Below, in pieces: positions 12,077 to 22,029 of a stretch of 64,000 bases of DNA. The notes beneath the pieces are model-generated. The model worked only from the letters and a program-made list of their open reading frames with translations. It did not search any database and was not told the origin of the DNA. Source of the DNA: Mayamaea pseudoterrestris (Eukaryota). Position numbers and translations under genes: made by a program. The DNA lies in assembly GCA_027923505.1 (NCBI GenBank), contig BROI01000029.1, positions 1 through 64,000 on the forward strand, written 5' to 3'. Each line of letters starts with the position of its first letter. Within the stretch, counting starts at the first letter, position 1.

Positions 12077-15000
12077 ATGACGACTCCTGCAATCGGCCAA
12101 GACGTTCTCGAGGCGCTCATGTCGCCAGATAATCAATTGCGAACGGCGGCCGAGCAGTACCTCCAAAGCATGGCAGTGGAAGATCGCTGCATGGCGTTGC
12201 TTCATTCATCTGCAGCAGTGTCACCAGCCCTCCAGCAGCTCTGCTGCATTTTGCTCCGACGCAACGTTTCCAAGCTGACCAATGTCGGCTTCCTTGTAAG
12301 CATGGTACGAATGCTCATGGCGCAAGTCAATATACAATCAGCATTGTCGAACGACACGATTGCAAGTCTTCTCAAGGAATCTATTGCCCAGGCAATTGGA
12401 ATCTTGTCACTACTAAAAGCTCATGATGAAGCTACGAAATGTCTTGAACAAGTTTTGCAGGCGAATGCAGCCGACGCCATGCAGGGAAACATGTCGGCGC
12501 TCAAGCTGCTGATTGCCTTGGCCGAGCAGGCGCCAGTTGCCTTTGGCAAGCTCGTCATGCCGTCTCTGCCGCGATTAATCGACAATGTATTGCAGCAGCT
12601 GAATGCGAATCAATTTCCCTCGTCTCAGCAGATTGTATCAGTGTTGCTGGAGCTTGTTGTGCAGACAGCATTGGCGACGACTGCTTCGGCGGATCAACCA
12701 TGGCAATCCATGCCGAGCGTCAAGCGATTGCAGGACTCCAATCAGCAGCATGATGCAGTAAACACTCCGCTACTGATGGAGCTGGGATTGAACTGTCTTC
12801 TTCCGATTTTGACGTCTAGCGGCTTTTGTCCGACGGATCATACTGTTTTAGAACATTTATTGACGGCCTCGGAGTCAGTTCCGTTTCTGTTTGGCGCGCC
12901 AGCGGTTTGGAACGCTATTATGCAAGCATGTCTTCACGTCATGATTAGCAGCGATCATTTGTCGACAGATGATGCCATCTTTCGGCGTCTGCAGGCCCTT
13001 CAAATTGTTGTCAACCTTTGCCAAGTCACAGGCCTGCAGCAGACATTGCTTGACGCTGCCTCACGCACCAGCATTTGCGAAACAGCCACGCGATTGCTCG
13101 TTGGCGTTCTAGCGGGAGACTACAATACGGAATACAACAATAATGATTTTGACGAGGACGAGGAGGATCAGTTGGTGGCATATGCCTCGGACTTGCTAGA
13201 GCAGCTCGTCCATGTTTTTGTTGATCCAGCCATGCCATTCGCGATGCAACACATTGAAACCAAACTTGCGGCCGTCATGCAACATCAATCATCGCAAGGC
13301 TATACCAGCAATTGGAGAGCCAGTCGTGGCGCACTAGTGGCGCTGCAGTGTTGTTTGGAAGCTGCTCCAGTAAAATCGTCGCAGCACTTTGTTGCATCCA
13401 TGGAAGCGGCTCTTTGGTTCAGCAGCTGCAACGTTGATGAACGCGTCCAGTATGTTGCCATTCGCCTAGTCGGAGCATTATGCGAAAGTCGACGCTGCAG
13501 TCGAGCGGCAGACTTTGAAGGCATGGCGAGTCGAATTCTGCAGACACTTGCGCAAGCCGTGCAGTCAACCGCCACCAAGGTGGCCACCATGGCGTGCACA
13601 GCCATTGTCGCGTACTGTCGGCCGACGAATGCTGGACTAGATTTGGATGCGGAACGATTGGTGCTCCCGTTCTTGTCGGACGTTTTAAACGCAATAGTTG
13701 CCGGTCCATTGTCGAAGAATGCCGTTAGCGCTGAAGTGATGGACGCCAAAGTGGCGGCCTTGGCGGCGGTAGCCTGTCTCGCAGAAGCCGCCGAGGAGGC
13801 GTTCATTCCAATCTATGCGCATATCATGCCTGGGCTATGGAGCTTGATCAATTTACCGGCAAGCGGTGGTAGCAATAGTTACGAGATTTCTCGGCTCAAG
13901 GGCGCGGCCGTCGAAACTGCGACGATTATCTTTCAAGCCATTGGAGAAGATAATGTTCATATATTTCAGCAGGATGCGGAAGCCATTATGAACTTGGCGG
14001 CTTCTCTTTTGCGCACGTCGATGGAAGGCGACATTGTCGCTGGCATGCCTTTGGACCAGCTTTTGTCAGGTTGCGCGCGAATTGCGTCTGTCATGAAGGA
14101 GAAGTTTGCGCCCTTTATGGGCGCCGTATTTTCTCCTCTGCTGCTACGAGCGACAGACACGTCAGGCGACGTTGAGATTTCAGACGGCGCGGACACGAAT
14201 ACAGAGGCTACAGATCTTTATGTGGACGATGATGGAAAAGAGAGCATAACAGTAACACTGCCTGGCCGGGGATTAACGAACATTACAATCAACACTAGCA
14301 AGATCCAGGAGAAGGCACAAGCTGCCCGTGCCATGTATGAACTCGCTTCCGCCTTGGGTGCATCGTTTGGTCCGTACGCAAAGGCGTGCCTTGATTCGTT
14401 TCTAGTCCTTGTCGGGTTCAAGTACTCGGCCGAAATCCGGTCGACTGCATCGCAGACCCTCGCCGCTGCATTTGAGGCAGCATGCGCTAGTGGTGAAGGA
14501 CATGGATGGGAACTTCCGGCTGAGTATTTTCCTGTCATATCAAAGGTGCTCGCTCAAGGAATTAATGTTGACAATGCCACAGACATGGATGAAACGTATG
14601 CCTTTGCCGAGTCCACCTCGCAGGTATTCTACAGTGTCTACAGTCGGCGTGAGGATAGCCACGGCGAATTGCTTTCTAAATTCTCCATTGAGGAAGCAAC
14701 GTTTGTCACTAAATTGTGTGTCAAAGCACTCGCCGCATGTTTGCAGCGACGCGACAAAATCACAGCCGCTCTTTCCGTTGGCATCTCAGAAGATGAGTTT
14801 GAAGAATATACTGGTGTTTTAGAAAAGGAAGGCGAGCTGCTGACTCCCTTGACGGATGCCATCGGCTACATGTTGAAGCTTCATCGCGAGAAATTTCTTC
14901 CGACGTTTCAAACTAAGGTTGTTCCCGTCCTCGGTCCATACCTTCGTTCCAGCACGGACTTACAGGCCAAGCTGGCTGCCGTCTGCCTCTTTGACGACTG

Positions 15001-15691
15001 TGTTGAGTTCTGCGGTGGCGCTGCTGCATCCACACACGGATCTGCTTTGATGGAAGGCGTTGTGACTGGCTTGGACGACTCAACGAACGGCGGCAATATG
15101 GAATTGAAACGTGCTTCTATCTACGGCGTTGCACAGGTTGCCCGATACGCACCTAGTAGTGCGTTGCTACCGCATGCGCAGCAGGTCATTCCAGCCCTAT
15201 TAGCCATTGTAAGCAAAACAAAAGACGACTATGGTGATTGTCCGGGTGTTTTTGAGAATGCTGTTTCTGCCTTGGGCTCGCTAGCCTTATTTGGCAAAGC
15301 GCCATTGCAAAAGTATATCAAGCAAGACCTTGCCATCAGTGTGCTTCTCGCAAACCTGCCTCTACGCGAAGATTTCGACGAAGCCGAGATTTGCAGCATT
15401 GGATTTTGTGAGCTTGTCGAAAAAGGGACTGTTCCGATGGATGAGGAATGCGACAATATTTTACGCATCATTGGCGACACGCTCGCCTCGGTGAATGACG
15501 GTGATGACTTGGCCAGCGAGGCGACTATCATTCGCTTTGTCGGCATTCTGTTTGGCCTTCAGCAAAGTGTTTCGTCGCATGTCATGAACCGTGCATTTGG
15601 TAAGATTTCGGGCGAGTCGCAAGAGGCAATCAATGCGAGCATGAACAATTACCGCCACATGTTTACCAACGTGGTGACTCCAGAAAAGTAA
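12077..15691 (+). CDS. Importin beta-3 / importin-5-like HEAT-repeat karyopherin
   Basis: 1204-aa single-exon ORF. N-terminus LEALMSPDNQLRTAAEQYL; INTSKIQEKAQA, FKYSAEIRSTA, AVCLFDDCVEF, ENAVSALG and LPLREDFDEA match importin-5 family features. Confidence 0.82.
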   Translation: MTTPAIGQDVLEALMSPDNQLRTAAEQYLQSMAVEDRCMALLHSSAAVSPALQQLCCILLRRNVSKLTNVGFLVSMVRMLMAQVNIQSALSNDTIASLLKESIAQAIGILSLLKAHDEATKCLEQVLQANAADAMQGNMSALKLLIALAEQAPVAFGKLVMPSLPRLIDNVLQQLNANQFPSSQQIVSVLLELVVQTALATTASADQPWQSMPSVKRLQDSNQQHDAVNTPLLMELGLNCLLPILTSSGFCPTDHTVLEHLLTASESVPFLFGAPAVWNAIMQACLHVMISSDHLSTDDAIFRRLQALQIVVNLCQVTGLQQTLLDAASRTSICETATRLLVGVLAGDYNTEYNNNDFDEDEEDQLVAYASDLLEQLVHVFVDPAMPFAMQHIETKLAAVMQHQSSQGYTSNWRASRGALVALQCCLEAAPVKSSQHFVASMEAALWFSSCNVDERVQYVAIRLVGALCESRRCSRAADFEGMASRILQTLAQAVQSTATKVATMACTAIVAYCRPTNAGLDLDAERLVLPFLSDVLNAIVAGPLSKNAVSAEVMDAKVAALAAVACLAEAAEEAFIPIYAHIMPGLWSLINLPASGGSNSYEISRLKGAAVETATIIFQAIGEDNVHIFQQDAEAIMNLAASLLRTSMEGDIVAGMPLDQLLSGCARIASVMKEKFAPFMGAVFSPLLLRATDTSGDVEISDGADTNTEATDLYVDDDGKESITVTLPGRGLTNITINTSKIQEKAQAARAMYELASALGASFGPYAKACLDSFLVLVGFKYSAEIRSTASQTLAAAFEAACASGEGHGWELPAEYFPVISKVLAQGINVDNATDMDETYAFAESTSQVFYSVYSRREDSHGELLSKFSIEEATFVTKLCVKALAACLQRRDKITAALSVGISEDEFEEYTGVLEKEGELLTPLTDAIGYMLKLHREKFLPTFQTKVVPVLGPYLRSSTDLQAKLAAVCLFDDCVEFCGGAAASTHGSALMEGVVTGLDDSTNGGNMELKRASIYGVAQVARYAPSSALLPHAQQVIPALLAIVSKTKDDYGDCPGVFENAVSALGSLALFGKAPLQKYIKQDLAISVLLANLPLREDFDEAEICSIGFCELVEKGTVPMDEECDNILRIIGDTLASVNDGDDLASEATIIRFVGILFGLQQSVSSHVMNRAFGKISGESQEAINASMNNYRHMFTNVVTPEK

Positions 15692-16350
15692 ATTGATAAG
15701 AAAAAGTTACTAAAACATCTTATTGCTAACATGTATTAGCCATGCATTGCATGTGATCGGTTTCACATTTCACATAGGAAGACGGACAGTAGCGCCTGTC
15801 ATTTTCCACTGACGCTGTCTTCTTTTGCTGTTATGCCATCGGAGACGCGCTGCCGTCCGCGTTACTGACTTGCGACTTTGCTCGAGCTGCTGCCCGTCAA
15901 AGAATTATCGACAATAGCCTCTTCCAGATTCATAAAGCAATCACCTCCATTTCGTTCGTTTGCTTCAATACTGCATCAACTTATGAAGGTAGTTCATTGT
16001 TAATAATTTAGTTGGCGAGCTGCACGACAGTATTGTTCGAGGGTAGTCAGATCTCGGCGCCTCGACCCTACGCCGCAAGAGAATGATGACGGTGATGAGT
16101 GATGACGTTGGTGTCGAAGATTGATGACCAGTCGAAGGTGATGGAATAAAAAAGGAGCAGCATGACGTGATCAGCAGCACTGCTATCAAAGAAATTTGCA
16201 TGGTAGACAGCGTACGATAAACAGAGGTTTGCGTAAGCAACCGGTACAAGGACATGTATGTATTCTTGCCAAGTCGGCCAGGGACAAATAAATACAACGG
16301 CACACCATGGTGGCGTGACGACCGCGGGGACAAGAAGAGTAAAGCAAGAC

Positions 16351-16882
16351 GAAACGAATGCCAGTGAAAAACTGCGCCACAAAGCATAAGTATGAAACGA
16401 GAGCCAGTGTCAACTACGTCATAAGGCAATAGTGTGAAACGAGTGCCAGTGTCAATTACGTCACGAGGCAATACTGTGAAACGAGTGCCAGTGTCAATTA
16501 CGTCATAAGGCAATAGTACGAAACGAGTGCCAGTGAAAACTACGTCACCAGACAATACTGTGAAACGAGTGCCAGTGAAAATGTGCCACAAGGCATAAGT
16601 ATGAAACGAGTGCCAGTGTCAATTACGTCATAAGGCTATAGTGTGAAACGAGTGCCAGTGAAAATGTGCCACAAGGCATAAGTATGAAACGAGTGCCAGT
16701 GACAACTGCGTCATGAGGGAAAACTGTGAAACGAGTGCCAGTGAAAACTACGTCATGTGGCATAACTGTGAAACGAGTGCCAATGAAAACTGCGTCATAA
16801 GGCAATATTGTGAAACGAGTGCCAGTGAAAACTACGTCACAAGGCAATACTGTGAAACAAGTGCCAGTGAAAACTACGTCAT
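16351..16882. repeat. 42-bp minisatellite array 1 (~13 units)
   Basis: Consensus GAAACGAGTGCCAGTGAAAACTACGTCATAAGGCAATACTGT repeated at ~42-bp period, with some 41-bp variants (…AATGTGCCACAAGGCATAAGTAT). Confidence 0.95.
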
Positions 16883-17007
16883 TTATACAATTGCCTACGT
16901 TTCGCTACCCCGATCGCGACCATGAGACACCCGCATCAAAGACCAAAAACTGCTTCTCGCGTCCACAGCCACTAAGAGTGTGAAGGTATCAATGCTACTT
17001 GCAGAGT

Positions 17008-20000
17008 ATGAGGAAATATGGCGATGCTGTCGACGCTTCATCTGACGAGCAGCAGCGAATTCTTGTCGATGGAGTACCGGTGGAAGAAGCAGCGAGAAAC
17101 ATTGACGGAACCTTTGCAGCAACTAGCAGGACAAGATCAAGGAGTCATCGCCTACAATCAAGACGAGTCCAACAGTCCTCATCCACCATGATTCAGCTTC
17201 TTGATCGACTCGTCGCGCACCTTGTACCACTTCCAGATATAATAGAAGCGGATGATGACAACTTTGAACCATTATGGGAGGATCAGCCGACGAGTCATCT
17301 ACCTCATCAAATTCGACGAGCTACTGGCATTACACTCCCTGCTGCTTTCATAGCCTGGCTTTCGGATCATATGTATCATGGAGACGATGATGATTTGCAG
17401 GGTCTGTTTGACCATGCGACGAGTCGAGTTCGCACAGGATATCCTGCCGACGCAAGTCTCGATTCGGCGTTGCAAGAGCGACTGGCGATTCTTGCCAATC
17501 TACTGCCTCGATTGACTCATCTTCGAATCATAAACGACAACACTATGGAATTTTCAGCTGGTCATAATGACGATGGTACGAGGCAGCGAGGCTGCATCGA
17601 CCTTGGCCTTTTCCCAAACTGCAAGCTTTTACTCATTGATCAAGTCGTTCCAGAAAGTATCTACAATCTACATTTGCTTCGAAAATCACTTGAAGTGTTG
17701 AGAATAGAACGATGCTATGTAAATGACCTGTCGGACCTCTTTCAGCGATCGACGACGAACAGTGGCTCGGATGGAGCTGAGAGCATTCAGCAACGACAAG
17801 GTACACCGTTGGACAGCATGCTTCGCTTTTCCAGACTAACGCATATCAAGTTATCGTATTGTGAGCTAAATGATGCGTCCATCTCGATCATTCAACTGCT
17901 GCCGCGCATGATGCACATTACGTCAGTCTGTCTTTCGCACAACTATTTATCCTCGCAGCGATCGGTTCTAGCAATGGGACTCGCCAACAAGCTCTTTCTA
18001 TCCAGCCTGGATCTTTCATTTAACAATTTACGTTCAGCAAAGCTTCTTTCATTGCGTCTGCGCAATCTTACGATACTCAATTTGTCGCACAATTGCTTGA
18101 CGCAAACAAAAGAGGTGGATCAGCTGGTATCGCTCCGAGTTTTACACATTGACTTTAATCGAATCGCTGACCTGGCGCACATGGCTAATGTGGCATCTCT
18201 ACCAGTTCTGCAACAGATATACGTTAAAGGCAATCCGCTTTTGCGCGGCCGGCCACTTGGTGTGCGCGTCGATCTCTTGGAGCTTTTCTCTCAACGACGA
18301 CTTCGTCGGCTGCCGCCTGGTGCCTCCTACCGACAATTGCAGCACGCGCTACCCGTAATCGATGGCAAACTGGCTAGTATAGGGGAACTACATGCGATTC
18401 GCCTTCGGACATATGAGCGGATAGCTTTTGCGAGCTTGGAGTGCGAGGAGAATTGGATTCGGGTTGATAGACAAGTAGTAGATGAAGGACTTGCGCCAAA
18501 TATTACAACAAGACTGCATTTGAGTCATCGCCGAGTGCGGAAACGTCGAGCAACGATCGACACTGTGTCTGGTGGAAAAAGTAGAGTCCCTCTGTTAGCT
18601 ATCAGAAAGTTTCACTTACCTCTAGACTACAAGCCGATGGTGGCGTTCACCCTTGACGATGTAGTTGCAACTCTCGCAATTACACAATCATTTGTAGCGC
18701 CTGACGATGACGCTAGAATAGCAAATGTTGGGCAAGATGAGAATGCCAACGCGATATACAAAGTGGTGGACGACGATACCAAGCGACTGGATTACGCAAT
18801 CACGCAATTACCAGACGAGGCTGGCAGAGTTATCAATCTGCTCGATGAAACGTCTGCAAAATCTGACAAGGGCAGCAACTACACACAATTGTTGGACGAT
18901 GAAAGGGTATCTGATGGGAATACTTCTGCACTGCCGAGGGACGAGTTGCTGCATCAAAGCGTGCCATCAACAGAAGACGTCGATTCGACAGTTTGTCTTC
19001 CGATGGAATCGTCAGAGCACAGTGTGAAGAATGCATTGTTTGTCAAGGTGCTTGGGTATGATAATCATCGATTGCGTACCGACATTTCTGATGTGCCATT
19101 GCCTCGGACAGAAGAAGCTAGCGAAGTAGTACCACCATTACTGTATTGTTCCATGTTGTCGCCCATCAAGCAGGTTAATCAGAACGACGACGAGTTAAAA
19201 GAGTCTGCCGCCACAACAGCGTCCACTCTGGATTTTAACGAGGAGCCAAGATCAAGAAGTACTTCGCCGCCACCAGTGACCGGCCAACTTAATATACCTG
19301 ATCTCAATACTGGTTCAGAAACACAGCGTCCCTCATCACCATCAGCACACGACAGCGATGTTTCGTCAAGTCAGCCTTCTCAAAGTCCATTTCAACATAA
19401 TTTCCGTCATGTTGCATCCTTTGGTGGCTTTTTGCATGACGAACCGATGACTTTCAGTGTCGGATCACCTAGGACCGATCGAGGAATCGATGCGGCATCT
19501 ACGAAGGAACTATTTCAGTCACTGGAAGCGCGTAGTGTATACAGTGGTCCAAGACTGTATGCAGCGATCAATATTCTCGAGAATCTTGACCTCTATTTTC
19601 GAGTTTTTGTCTTTGACACGTTCATCTCTAACCAAGTGGATGTTTCTGGCGCTCCAGATTCTTTTGTCGCTCTGGATCAACATCCTAAGATTCAACTCTG
19701 GCCAATTGACCGTCGATATCGAGAAGGGATCAAGGAAAAGGCGCGGCTGGCCGGCAAGTCTACACCGAGAGAAGACTTTCGTCGAGCGTGGTCGGAGAAG
19801 GTTGTTGCCTGCGGGCTACCGGCGCTGCGTCGGCTAACTCCGAATCGGGCCGCGCGCTATGGATTTCATGGTGAGCTACTATGGTCGGGGGCGCATTCCA
19901 CACACCTAAAGCCGGAAACGATTGCGGAGAACCGTGATGTGATAATGTGCTTGACTGATTTGTCGCTGTATATTGTATTGGACCATGATTCGGTAACCGA

Positions 20001-20757
20001 GAAGACAAAGGATCAAAAGCGCGCCTTTCCATTGCCTATTGCTACGGGCGCCACCTTTGACAAGGCGAAATGGCCGCACGCACTGGCATACCATCCACTG
20101 CAGACCTTAAAAAGCATTTCCATTGGCTTTGGGTTTCAGCGCATGACTCTTCGGTTCGCAAACACTACGTTTCCTGTGCCAGATGACTTCACCTACGTTC
20201 TTCTTACTTCCAACAAAACCAATACGATATCATTGTTAAAGGAAATTCAGGCGCTTGCCAATGAGGCCAAGACTGCTGCAGCCCTATCCATTACCGACGC
20301 CGAAGTTCAAATTGACAATGATGATAGACACGTTTTGGATGCGATTGGCGCAGCCGTTGCACCGGATCATATTGGTGCCGTTCTACATTACCAAGTTTTG
20401 ACACAGAGATGGAAGAGTGGCGACCGCGGAATGGTTCGTCGGGTCTGCATTTTAACTGACAACAAGCTGTATTTAATGGACGAAGACTATGTTGGTGACG
20501 GATCCCAGTCCATGGAATGCGGGGTTGGTCAAACTCTTGGCGACACCATGTATCGCGTCGTTGATTCCGCTGACTTGGCTCAAGTAAAAACCATTCAACC
20601 AGCTGGCGCTGATCCAAAGGCCATTACAATTTCCGTTGTCCCTAGCAACCGACTCGCTCGTACGCATAATTGGAGATTGGTGTGTCGGAATGGAATTGGA
20701 GCTGAGCGATTGGTGGAAGACCTTCGCAAGGCGATTGCTTTGGCTGTTGGACATTGA
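17008..20757 (+). CDS. Leucine-rich repeat protein, STK11IP/nischarin-like, with C-terminal PH-like region
   Basis: SDS22-type LRRs (LSSLDLSFNNL, LTILNLSHNCL, LRVLHIDFNRI, LQQIYVKGNPL), disordered middle region, conserved-looking C-terminal domain (RRVCILTDNKLYLMDEDY). First in-frame ATG at 17008. Confidence 0.68.
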   Translation: MRKYGDAVDASSDEQQRILVDGVPVEEAARNIDGTFAATSRTRSRSHRLQSRRVQQSSSTMIQLLDRLVAHLVPLPDIIEADDDNFEPLWEDQPTSHLPHQIRRATGITLPAAFIAWLSDHMYHGDDDDLQGLFDHATSRVRTGYPADASLDSALQERLAILANLLPRLTHLRIINDNTMEFSAGHNDDGTRQRGCIDLGLFPNCKLLLIDQVVPESIYNLHLLRKSLEVLRIERCYVNDLSDLFQRSTTNSGSDGAESIQQRQGTPLDSMLRFSRLTHIKLSYCELNDASISIIQLLPRMMHITSVCLSHNYLSSQRSVLAMGLANKLFLSSLDLSFNNLRSAKLLSLRLRNLTILNLSHNCLTQTKEVDQLVSLRVLHIDFNRIADLAHMANVASLPVLQQIYVKGNPLLRGRPLGVRVDLLELFSQRRLRRLPPGASYRQLQHALPVIDGKLASIGELHAIRLRTYERIAFASLECEENWIRVDRQVVDEGLAPNITTRLHLSHRRVRKRRATIDTVSGGKSRVPLLAIRKFHLPLDYKPMVAFTLDDVVATLAITQSFVAPDDDARIANVGQDENANAIYKVVDDDTKRLDYAITQLPDEAGRVINLLDETSAKSDKGSNYTQLLDDERVSDGNTSALPRDELLHQSVPSTEDVDSTVCLPMESSEHSVKNALFVKVLGYDNHRLRTDISDVPLPRTEEASEVVPPLLYCSMLSPIKQVNQNDDELKESAATTASTLDFNEEPRSRSTSPPPVTGQLNIPDLNTGSETQRPSSPSAHDSDVSSSQPSQSPFQHNFRHVASFGGFLHDEPMTFSVGSPRTDRGIDAASTKELFQSLEARSVYSGPRLYAAINILENLDLYFRVFVFDTFISNQVDVSGAPDSFVALDQHPKIQLWPIDRRYREGIKEKARLAGKSTPREDFRRAWSEKVVACGLPALRRLTPNRAARYGFHGELLWSGAHSTHLKPETIAENRDVIMCLTDLSLYIVLDHDSVTEKTKDQKRAFPLPIATGATFDKAKWPHALAYHPLQTLKSISIGFGFQRMTLRFANTTFPVPDDFTYVLLTSNKTNTISLLKEIQALANEAKTAAALSITDAEVQIDNDDRHVLDAIGAAVAPDHIGAVLHYQVLTQRWKSGDRGMVRRVCILTDNKLYLMDEDYVGDGSQSMECGVGQTLGDTMYRVVDSADLAQVKTIQPAGADPKAITISVVPSNRLARTHNWRLVCRNGIGAERLVEDLRKAIALAVGH

Positions 20758-22029
20758 CTAATCGGAGGTGTCAATAAAAGCAGAACGCTGTATACAGTGA
20801 AAGCATATAATAACTGGAATGCATTTGAAACTTCTACCAGGAGTTTGGCGAAGCAAGCTTCATTGCAATATAACCGACAAAGCGCAGCCTGTTTTCGGTG
20901 GCGTTATTAGCGATATCGCCATACGCCACTCGTCGCGTCTGACGAAAGATCAAACGCACATGGCTTGCAAGGTGGCTTCGCGCGATTTGAAGGCGCTACG
21001 AATTATCTGAACAATTTACTGAGCGAAGAGTTCGAAGCTACGGTCAAGAGTTCGAAGCTACGATAATCATCGCAACGTTTCGCAAAAATGGCAAGACGCG
21101 TTAGCGGAACGGTTATTGTGCAGTGTAGAATGGGTCAAGCTGGCGAGACTGATAGATCAGCGTTGTGAAGCGAAACCTATAGAGTTGCCTGGCAGGCACA
21201 GCTTGCCAAGCCACAGGCCTGCGACTGTCATTCATGGGAATTGCTTTTAGTTGCAACTTGCTGGATGAAGAGCGGTGCTCAACGAGGTTGTGCAAAAGCT
21301 AGTAGGAGAGATGATGATCGAAAGGCGCAGTTGGGTGCTCTCGCACTGGGTTAAATTGCTGCGCTAAAATATGCGACTGGATTGCCTGACCAGCAAGCAG
21401 GACTGTTAGAGACGGACGCCATAATTTAAGGCGCTTGCATTGATGCAGATGCATGCGACGAGGCCGAGCATTTTGTTATTAACCGATAATGTTGCACGAG
21501 AACCAGTCGCGGGGGAGATTGCGGGTGCGGAATGGTAATTTGGCTCGCAGCGAGGAACTGCGTCACTCAAGGCTTATAGCAAATATTATGACAATGGTTG
21601 TGCGCGCGGCCGGTGGGGATGAGATTGAGCCGAATGCTGCCGACGAAGAGGAGCGCGATGGATGTCGAATGCTCCATTTGGATAGGCTGCAGCGGAGCAT
21701 GTCTCTAGAACTGACGGTTTCTCTCTTTTCTAACGAAAGCTCTCATCAGACGTATTGACTGCGCACGATTACACATAGTGATTGTGAGTGCTGCCTTGTC
21801 TCTTGACCACGACTTGCGGTGCACACAAGGAGATTGCATGTCTCATTTTTTTAGTACCTGCATATAAGCAGACTTAGCATTAGTGGAAGTTGCCTCGTCT
21901 TCGCGTGGATTTATGAATAGCAAAAACAAAGGGCGGAAGGCGTTTGGTGGAGCGGGTTGTCGCTATACATATTTGTTAACACGCACGACGCATGGTCATT
22001 AAAAGCTACTTCGTCTATGTGTAAGCTGA

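Noticed and set aside
15965..16847. (DVVFTGTRFTVLPH)n ORFs here and at 24282-24608 and 56183-56518
   Set aside because: Translations of the 42-bp repeat. 41-bp units shift the frame, and there is no shared start or flanking coding context.
16351..16882. CRISPR array (short repeats containing GAAAC)
   Set aside because: Inter-core segments are variants of one sequence rather than unique spacers. No cas genes, and the context is eukaryotic.
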